Source: Vicugna vicugna
Taxonomy: Eukaryota
Reading direction: 5' to 3'
NCBI GenBank assembly: GCA_013265495.1
Contig: MU057713.1
Coordinates: 247,751 to 267,750 of the forward strand
Length of the DNA stretch: 20,000 nucleotides
Shown here: one piece after another, positions 11,001 through 20,000 of the stretch
Numbering within the stretch: the first letter of the stretch is position 1
How the letters are laid out: the number at the start of each line of letters is the position of its first letter
Translations under genes and position numbers: made by a program
The notes under the pieces: generated by a model
What the model saw: the letters and a program-made list of their open reading frames with translations, nothing else
Told to the model about the DNA's origin: nothing
The model's database searches: none

Positions 11001-13396
11001 TGTGACCTGTGCAAGTCATTCCTATTGAACTGGAGACATAACATGAGCAGATTTAACCACTTTCTGGATGAAACTATTTCTAGTGCTCAAACCACGTCTT
11101 TTTTCCCACTCCTAGCTGAGTATGTTGAACACTAGTAGCGTTAACTTTGACTCCCTTTGTCAAGCAGGACAGGTAGTGGAGCAATCACTCATTCATGCAC
11201 TACAACTATGCACCAAGTGTCTATCATACATCAAGGGCTGAACTGGGCGGGTAGGGGTGTACAACCTTACGCAGCTCCAGTTCCCAGGGGTTCCAAAAGC
11301 TAAACGAGAAAAGTCAACACATCACCAGGCCCAGACCTTAACCACAGTCACTGTTCATTCCATCAGCCCAGGAGCACACTGTTGAACACCTCTAATCCTT
11401 GAAATCCTCCTTAAAGCATCTGCCTTCTAAGTACTTTTGTGGGTGCATGTTCCAGTAAAGAAAAGAGAGACAGAAAAGACAGAAAGAGAATTAACGAGCA
11501 TTGGTGATGAGAATGAAGCCAAAAGAGACAGAAATCAGTGCTTCACACATGGTATTTTTGGCCTGTTTCCCAACAGCAAAACTGATGAAATAACAAGCGA
11601 CTGTTACTTGGTGTGACTAGCTTAGAGAGAGTGGGAAAATGGCCTGGGCGGGGGTAGGGTAACCCGCTAAGGTATGAACACGAGGTGGACGCCCTCAGTG
11701 ATACATACCACTTGCCTTCATTTATACCATAAAAGGTGCAGAAAATGTTTCATACCTCTAAATATTGTGCTTATATTAAATCAACCTGCTTTCACATTCA
11801 GATCTAAATTTAGTAATTATGTGCACAGCTAGGATACCTGTATCCTATGGTGTATTTCACAGGCTTATAGGCTTAATCACTTTATTTGAAAATTAGATAA
11901 AACCAGATACCAAACAAGAAAATTATCATTTTATGGGAGCACTGTGCACAAGGTACAAGATTTACAAACCATGATTTTGTAACTAAAAAGATGCTAAATG
12001 TGTATCTGGAATTCCCGCTAGACTTCCTATAGGAGCAACCTGCCTTTCAGACCCACTAGACAACAACCCTGAGAGGGAAGGGAATTACAGCTTTTTGTAC
12101 CTCTGTGTTTTTTAATTCACCTGAGATGGATAGCTTTACTACTACGTTCACTCTGTATATTCTGAACTCTACCTGCTGATAAATGGGAGAAATAAGGGAA
12201 AGAGAAAAAAATTCAGGTAGAGAAAAACCCTAGGTCTCTCCCCAAAACTTCCCACCAATATTTACTTCTCAATTTTTTTTTTGTTTACTGTAATTATCAT
12301 CTTTATTGCCAGAGGGTAACCAACCTCAGTTACCTAATAGAAGGTTTGCGGAAGAGTTAAATAGACACTTGCTAAGACTGTGAATTAGAAGTGTGGATTC
12401 TTCCCAAAATGTCTTCTTGTGTCTCATTTAATTAAGTTTTCCGAAATCAAGATCAGCTGTCTTCCCTCTGCTGTTTGAAGAGACCCTGTTCCTATTCCTC
12501 TTACCTGCCTCAGATGAGGAGACACTTCCCACATTCCATGGGTCCCCCATTTCCCGTCTCACCACCATAACTTGGTACCACCATCCTTGGCTACGCTAGG
12601 AGACGCAACGAACAGCTCCCTGCTCTCAGCATTCATTCTCCTTAGCTCTCTATTCAGACTTGGCACATGCTCCTGGAAATACAACTTTCCAAAAGCCACA
12701 GCCTAAGTACCCTGACTGTATTATGTTGACTAAACAGCCATGGAGAGTTAGATAACTGTCTAGAAACAGGTATGAATCTCACCGTGCGTAACTTCCTCTA
12801 AAATGAATCTGTGACAGCGGTCAAGGTGCCTACTGCTTGCTCAGAACACAACCTCTGCAGGTTGTTTCTGCCTTCACGCTGGATGAAGCTAATGTCTCAC
12901 CTGAGAAACCGTTCTGATTTCTACGTAAGGAAAATCTACTATTTGACAGCTTTCTGAGTATGACATAGATCCAAAAAATGTGACTGTGGTCTGATTTTAC
13001 TTATAGGAAAGAGTTTCTACGTAAAACTTACCATCTATATTCAAGCAGAGCTGGTAAAAATTAGCCAGAACATTTTATTGCTATCGTTTGGCTAATGCTA
13101 GTGTAAAACAAAATCTGCTTTAGCTTGCTTTGTATCATACTTAGTAGAGCATAATAAGCATTGTATTTTAAAGGCATCGAATACAGGGATACCTCAGAGA
13201 TACTGCAAGTTCAGTTCCAAACCACTGCCATATAGCAAAAACCGTAATAAAATGAGTCACATGAATGTTTTGGTTTCCCAGTGCATATAAAAGTTATGTT
13301 TCCACTATACTGTAGTCTATTAAAGGATGCAATAGCGTTATGTCTAAAAATCAAGGTACATGCCTTAATTTAAAAATACTTAATTAGTAAAACATG

Positions 13397-15375
13397 CTAA
13401 TCATCATCTGACCCTTCAGCTAGTCATAAGCTTTTTGCTGGTGGAGGGTTTTGCCTTGAGGTTGACGGCTGCTGACTGATCAGGATGGTGGTTGCTGAAG
13501 GATGGGGTGGCTGCAGCAATTTCTTTAAAACAAACAAACAAAAAAAGACAACAATGAAGTTATCTGCATAGATTGACTCTTCTCTTCATGAACAACTTCT
13601 CTATGGCATGCAAAGTTATTTGATAGCATTTTATCCACAGTAAAACTTTCAAAATTGGAGTTAATCCTCCCAAACTCTGCCACTGCCACTGCTTTATCAA
13701 CTGAGTTAATGTAATATTCTAAATCCTCCGCCATTATTTCAACAACCTTCATAGTGTCTTTAGCAGAAGTAGACAATCTCAAAAAACCACTTTCTTTGCT
13801 CATCCACAAGCAGCAGCTCCTTGTTCATTAAAGTCGTATCATGAGATGGCAGCAATTCGGTCGCATCTTCAGGCTTCTCTTCCAGTTCTCCTGCTATTCC
13901 CACCACATCTGCAGTTACTTCCTCCACCGAAGTCTTGAACGCCTCAAAGTCATCCATGAGAAGCAGAATCAGCTTCTTCCAAACTCCTGTTAATGTTGAT
14001 ATTTTGACTTCTTCCCATGAATCACCAAGGTTCTTAAGGGCATCTAGGATGGTGAATCCTCTCCAGAAGGTTTTCAATTTACAGTTGACCCTTGAACAAT
14101 GAGGGTGTTCTGGATGCCAACCCACCACACAGTTCACAACTGCATAGAACTTAGAGATGGCCTTCAGCAACCATGAATCAATCAACCGTGAACCATGTAG
14201 TGCTGCAGTATTTACTACTGAAAACAATCCGCATAACTGGACCCACACAGTTCAAACTGTATTATTCAAGGGTCAACTCTACTTTGCCCGAATCCAGCAG
14301 AGAAATCACTACCTGTATCATTATATCTTTACAAAATGTACTTCTTAAATCATAAGACTCGAAAGTTTAAACTACCCCTTGATCCATGGGCTGCAGAACG
14401 GATGCTGTGTTAGCAGGCATGAGAACAGCATTAATCTTGTTCTGCGTCTCCATCGGAGCTCCTGGGTGACCAAGTGCATTGTCCGTGAGCAGTGCTATTT
14501 TGAAAAGAATATATTTTCCTGAGTAGTAAGGCTCAACAGTGGGCTTCAAACATTCAGTAAACCATGTTGTAAACAGATGTGCCGCCATCCAGGCTTTGTT
14601 ATTATGTTTATAGAGCGCAGGCAGAGCAGATTTAGCATAATTCTCAAGGGCCCAAGGGTTTTTAGAGTGATAAATGGGCTCCGGTTTCAACCGTGAAACA
14701 CCAGCTGCATCAGCCCTATAATGAGTCGGCCTGTCCTTCGAAGCCAGGCCTTGACTTCTCTCTGGCTATGAAAGTCCTAGAGGGCATCTTTCAATAGAAG
14801 GCTGTTTACTCTACTTTGAAAATCTGTTGTTTAGCATAGCCAGCTTCATGAGCGGTCTGGGCTGGATCTTCGGGAGAACCTGCGGCAGCTTCTGCATCAG
14901 CACCTGCTGCTTCACCGGCACTTTGATGTATGGAGACGGCTTCTTCCCCCAAACCTCATGAACCAGCCTCTGCTGGCTTCAGACTTTTCTTCTGTAACTT
15001 CCTCACCTCGCGCAGCCTTCATAGGACTGAAGAGAGTCAGGGCCTTGCTCTGGAGCAGGCTTTGGTTTAAGGGAATTTTGCGGCTGGCTTGATCTTCTAT
15101 CCAGACCACTACAGCTTTCTCCATATCAGCAATAAGGCTGTTTCACTTTTTTTTTAATCATTGACGTGTTCTCTGGAGTAGCACTTTTTATTTCCTTCAA
15201 GAACTCTTCCTTTGCATTCACAACTTGGCTAATAATTTGGCACAAGAGGCATACCTAGCTTTCAGCCTATCTCAACTCTTGTCATGCCTTCCCCACTAAG
15301 CTTAATTATGTCTAGTTTTTTATTTAAAGGGAGAGATGTGAGACTCTTTCTTTCACTTGAGCACTTAGAGGCCAT
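13397..15375 (-). pseudogene. Disrupted Tigger1 transposase (CENP-B-like HTH + DDE_1 domain; TIGD1-like)
   Basis: ATG at 15375 gives MASKCSSERKS. Fragments VVWIEDQ...[10 protein letters not shown] (14912-15124), KAWMAAHLF...LLTDNALGHP...LQPMDQGV (14367-14690), [14 protein letters not shown]...GVWKKL (part of 13760-14248), DLEYYINSVDKA (13525-13809), and the end AEGSDDD* at 13397. Multiple stops and frameshifts; the DET catalytic motif reads VE*TAFY* near 14795-14815. Confidence 0.93.
14082..14279. mobile_element. Tigger2-derived MITE (Tigger2a-like, 198 bp) nested in Tigger1
   Basis: TIRs CAGTTGACCCTTGAACAAT and ATTATTCAAGGGTCAACTC, with TA on both sides (14080-14081, 14280-14281). Removing it restores Tigger1 GGTTTTCAATTTACTTTGCCC. 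Confidence 0.92.
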
Positions 15376-17727
15376 TGTAGGGTTATTAATTGGCCTGATT
15401 TCAATATTGTTTTATCTGAGGGAACAGGGAGAACCAAGGAGAGAGAGAGAGAGAGACAGGGGAACAGCTGGTCAGTGGAGTAGTCAGGACACACAATTAT
15501 TGATTAAGTTCACTACCTTATATGGGTGAAGTTTGTGACAACCTAAAACAAGTAACATTAAAGATCACTGACCACAAACCACCATAACAAATATAATAAT
15601 AATGAAAAAGCATGAAATCAGAAATGATATGAAATCAGAATTATCAAAGTATGACACAGAGACACAGAGTGAGCAAATACTCTTGGAAAATGGTACCAAT
15701 AGACTTGCTCGATGCAGGGTGGCCACAAATTTTCAGTTTATAAAAGACACAATCTCAGTGAAGTGCAGTTAAGCAATGTACAATAAATGAGGCATGCCCG
15801 TAATGAAAAATATGTTTTAGGAAAAAACCTATAACCTAGCTCAAATTTTATTTTCTAGCTCTGATTTTTTAAAATTGGTTATTTAATCCTAATTGCAGTG
15901 CAAACTAGTTTTCACCCAAAGAAAAACTCTAATAAAATATTGAGCACCTACTATGTGTACTGTAGAGTGACCCAAGATGAGTCGTCAAGACTCTAACTTA
16001 ACTCAGTCATATTAGCACAGCAAACAATCAACCCTGTTTCATTTTTTTATACCACATATATTTCAGTACATGTAGGGACCCTATCAATGAGGACCACTAA
16101 CAATTTATATTTCATGGGATAAAAACTCTACTAATAGTATAATGATAAGAAAGGACATTCACGTCATCCTTTTTAGATAAACAAACACTAACCATCAAAA
16201 AGATTAGTTAATATTAGTCAACTGCCTTTCTCTAACCCTCTGATAAATCACTGGTGAAACGGGAAGGGTGCTCAGGTGTTCCACTCGTGTGATTTCCATT
16301 GCTCACTTGTTTCGAGGTTTACCTGGGTAGATGGATGGAGTCAGTGCAAGAAGTCACACAAAGAAGAGAGAAAGGAACACATAAGCCCCCCTGCCAGGCC
16401 TCCCCACAGGTGAACCCATGATAGGTTTGCTTCCTTCTTGCTTATGTGAATTTCCAGTCTCTTGGCAAAGTCTGGAAACATCCCTTGTCACTGAGCAGTT
16501 TGATCTGTTCATTGATCTGCTTTTCCCTTTCCAGCACCAGCTCCACCTGACCTTTCGAGTTGCACACTCCCTCGTTTGTCTCGCCAACAGCTCTGATTCC
16601 TCTATCAGCTGGCAGACAGGGGCCATCTCACCCAGCTCTGTTTTGGTTTGCAGAGCCTGGGAGACGGTCTGTTTTGAATTGGATGAATAATGCCATGATT
16701 TGGCTTATTCTCTGCATCTTCTATTTTTATCAAAGGTTTCATTTGCAGAAAGAAATCAAAATCATGAAAAATCTTTTGGGGATTTCAAGCTTAAACAGAA
16801 TGCCTTCAACAAAGGAGAGCACTTAGAATTATATATTTGCATTTAAATGCTCGGCCATGCTGCCATCACTTATGTGGCAGTATCAAACAGCACGAGATAG
16901 ATCAGAACACAGCTGGAAATTATATCCCTAACTTATCTGATTTCATAATAATTTTAGGGTCTTTCCTTTAAAAACCAATAGCTCCAACATTTGCATTTTT
17001 CCCAGGGAATTCTCCTCTGTGAATAATAGCTCTCCCATGGTTCACAGAATGATATAAATAAAAGCACTACTTCTACAATAATTATTTCTAATTTTTAAAT
17101 TTAGCTAAACAACATCTGCCACATATTTATAACTATGAAATTGGACAGAATCATTGAACTAAAAGCAGACTAATTTAAAATATGTAAATGAAAATGTTCT
17201 AGGCTGGACCAAGGACTTGCATACAAGTTACTCTTCTGAACTGCATTTGGTGTGACTGCAAGGCAAAGAATTAACATGCAGCATATAGCTTTTTGGCATG
17301 GCCCTAGACACAGCATAGGGACTAAGAGGATCACGTTTACACTCAAACAAATTAATAAACTAGACTGTTGTTCATGGGGCAATAGAAAAGAAGTGGAAAA
17401 AGCTGTCAGAGAAAATTAAATTATCCTTAAGAGAAGTCAAATTTTAAATTCCTAAGACAGTCAAATTCATTGCAACAAGCAAAGCAAGAAAACAACCATA
17501 GTTTGTTTTTGCTGGTGTTGACTGATAGTATTCATATTTGTGTAGCACTTTTCATATAAGAATCCCAAAAGAGTTGAATTTTTTCTTGCATAGATCGTTG
17601 ATGCTATCCTACTTTGTAGAGAGTAAATATTTCCCAGCCTCCCTCAAAAAAAAAAAAAGAAAAAGAACCTCATATGTGACACTTTGCCACACAACAGCCC
17701 CAGTTTGAAGTCTATTTTTGAAGTATA

Positions 17728-17872
17728 AATCCTCTATGACGCTATTCCCATTTTAGAGGTGAAGAAACTAAAAAACACAGGGGTGAATTAATTTGCCCAG
17801 TTGTCAAAGGTAGAAGATGGTAAAGCAGAGATGCTAATCCCGGTGTCCGTCTGCAGCATTCACGGGCTTAAT
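17728..17872 (-). mobile_element. MIR SINE fragment
   Basis: CCCATTTTAGAGGTGAAGAAACT...AATTTGCCCAG...GTAAAGCAGAGATGCTAATCCCGG is the antisense MIR core. Confidence 0.75.
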
Positions 17873-18054
17873 TGTCCTGCTCTCATGCTTTTTCCATCAC
17901 CAGGCTCCTTGGGAGACCCACGGGAGTAGCCCAGGTGCCCTGAGGTACAGGATGCCATGAATGTCCTCTCTCCATGTTGTCCCCATCAGTCATCCTTTCT
18001 ACGTGGAAGGTTTTGACCCTTCAGTCTAGGTGTTTACTTCCTAACCCATCAGAG

Positions 18055-18170
18055 CTATAGAGACAGGCTCTGTTGTCAGACTGGTTGGGTTCAGATCCCA
18101 CGAGGCCATGTCATAGACGGAGGAAGACAATGTCCCATGAGTTTTCATTTTCATGAGAGAAAATTCCTGA
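18055..18170 (+). mobile_element. MIR SINE fragment
   Basis: ACAGGCTCTGTTGTCAGACTGGTTGGGTTCAGATCCCA resembles the MIR tRNA-derived head including the B-box region. Confidence 0.55.
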
Positions 18171-19511
18171 AGTATTTCTCTATTAATCTAGCACCGTATC
18201 AAGTTCTCAAGGAATCTAAACTGAGGCATATATTCACATGTGATTTCTATGATTTATGTGATTTCTATGCCTTCTACCATAGCAAGCTGGGCCGGGCTTG
18301 AGGACCTTGTCTGTCTGCCAAGAGCTAGACCAGAAAGGGGAAGAAAGGCAGACAGTTCGTTCACTCCTCCACACTGATTTTCCCCTTCTTTCTCCCCTTC
18401 TTTCTCCCCATCACTAACCTCTAACCTTACCTCTCTGTTTGCAAGATAGGAGAGCCAGTAGGTCTTGGAAAAAGACTTCCACCTAAGGCTCAAAGCGGAG
18501 ACGTTTATGAAATAATTCTCAGCTGCCAGCTACTCAGTACTCACTACACAGCTAACACTGCAGGACTTGGTGGCCAAAAATGTCCAAACATCCACACAGC
18601 AGAAAAGAAAAGCATCATGTGAGTCACTAGAATCCATCTCAGATCACAAGGAAGTTTACACAAATTGTAAGTTTACAAATTATGTAAACTCAGTGAGTCT
18701 TCCTAAGTTTCCTCTCAACTACTGCTTTAATCATCACAGAAGGCTCTCAAAGCTCCTGACAGCCAGCAGTTGCAGAGTCGACTACAGGCTGACGGGCCAC
18801 CTGTTGCGAGGTGGGAGCCAAGAATAAATACGAGTAAAATCAACTTTTGTTTATTAGGCAGGGGAAGGGACATCTGTCATAACAGCCAGGACGACCACCC
18901 CAAAGAACAAACTGCAGAGCAAACTGCTTGCCAGTTCCTATTGCAGCCGCTCACCCCTCCTCCACATCTAACACCGGAGTCTCTGCCATCTATTCCCTGC
19001 ACTGTGGTAACAGTAATGTGCCACCAAAGCACAACTATTTTCACTTTTAAAACATGGGCTGGAACACGTGTATCTAATGTGTAATTAATAGATGGGCATT
19101 AGAATATTCATAAAGATGGGTATTTCTAAAGACTGAATAATACGTTAAACACCCACAATGGAAAATGTTGTCAATGTATTTAATTTTGTAATTAAAAATT
19201 AGGTGAGTAACATTTTAACTTGAGCTAATTGGTTTCAAACAACTTTCATGTTTTCTTTCCAAGTGACATCGATTGCGCGACATTGAGGCCCGCGATCTCA
19301 GACCATTCAGTTAGGACACCTAATCTATAAGGGAAACACCTGGTGGCAGCAACGCTGTGGCTGGTTGAGATGACAGGAAGGAAGAAGGCCATCAAATGAG
19401 GGAAGACCTAGCACGTGTCCGATGGGCTGGGCGGGTTCACCTGTGTGGTTTCTTCCTAACACTGACAGCACACTGGTTACGGAGGTGTATCACAGATAAC
19501 ATTCCACAGAG

Positions 19512-19640
19512 AGCCATTTTACAGATAACAAAATGATCTCTCTAAGAGATTAGTGACTCATCTAAGGTCATACAGCTAATAGTTAGGGTATCTCCTGCTT
19601 GCACCACCACCAACTCCAATGAACTATGCATTATAGTTTC
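19512..19640 (-). mobile_element. MIR SINE fragment
   Basis: CCATTTTACAGATAAC...AGTGACTCATCTAAGGTCATACAGCTAATAG is the antisense MIR core. Confidence 0.7.
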
Positions 19641-19975
19641 TACATCAAGTGCCTGAACAACTTAAACTCATATGAGAAGGTGGATAAGTATCAGACAATA
19701 TAGCAGAACATCCCAAATTGTTAAGACAAACTGTTCTTCCCTGACCCAACCCCTGCAAAGTGAAACAAAACAAAAAACAAATATTAAGCATAAAAATGTG
19801 GACCATAAAGGCAAAATAAATTGCAATCATCCTGTACTTCCATATCACTTCATTAGTTAAAGTAGAGGTCAAGATTTCTTTGGAGTAACCAGAATAATGA
19901 ACCCAGGGGAAGAAAGTTGCCTCCAGCCCTCATGCTCATGGCCACATAGACAAACTTACATAGGTTAAGAGGATG

Positions 19976-20000
19976 TCTCTCTCTCTCTCTCTCTCTCTCT
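19976..20000. repeat. (TC)n microsatellite running off the window end
   Basis: Perfect TCTCTC... from 19976 to the end of the window. Confidence 0.97.

Larger units (their letters stand above)
13184..15800 (-). mobile_element. Full-length Tigger1 DNA transposon (pogo/TcMar-Tigger), decayed, with a nested MITE
   Basis: TIRs CAGGGATACCTC (from 13184) and GAGGCATGCCCG (to 15800), each flanked by TA (13182-13183, 15801-15802). The 2617-bp span minus about 200 bp of nested insert matches the roughly 2.4-kb Tigger1 length. Transposase fragments appear in the ORF track. Confidence 0.96.

Noticed and set aside
12505..12672. 168-nt minus-strand segment with TTTCCAG acceptor and CAG|GTAAGA donor
   Set aside because: It has stops in all three frames and resembles a decayed L2 fragment, so a pseudo-exon is most likely.
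13760..14248. 162-aa ORF, the longest in the track, as a real gene
   Set aside because: It is a chance fusion of MITE sequence and a Tigger1 transposase fragment, with a non-ATG start and no catalytic core.
16354..16826. Three overlapping ORFs of about 90 aa, plus a protein-like minus-strand stretch (QVELVLEREKQINEQIKLLSDKG)
   Set aside because: No recognisable homology, bounded by stops and no convincing flanking splice sites; compatible with chance in locally GC-richer DNA.
18238..18270. Direct repeat of ATGTGATTTCTATG
   Set aside because: It is a simple local slippage duplication with two copies, not an array.
1..20000. CRISPR arrays, tRNA/rRNA genes, prokaryotic operons
   Set aside because: There are no regularly spaced repeats or structural RNA signatures, and the sequence is clearly mammalian repeat-containing DNA.

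Overview
AT-rich, repeat-containing mammalian non-coding DNA, probably intronic. I can support no intact protein-coding gene or RNA gene. The only protein homology is a decayed, full-length Tigger1 (pogo/TcMar) transposase on the minus strand (element 13184-15800), split by a 198-bp Tigger2-type MITE inserted at a duplicated TA. Other repeats: a MER44/Tigger7-type MITE (128-770), an L1M 3' end with poly(A), MER58B nested in an old L2, and many L2 and MIR fragments. The most striking structure is 8826-9423, an endogenous-retrovirus 3' fragment (internal stub, polypurine tract, U3-R, no U5). It ends in an A-rich tail and is flanked by a 13-bp target-site duplication at a TT|AAAAA site, so it looks like ERV RNA copied by LINE-1 machinery rather than by integrase. 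Several minus-strand splice/poly(A) signal clusters hint at an unidentified minus-strand host gene but are unproven. Repeat family names come from my recall of consensus sequences, not a database search.
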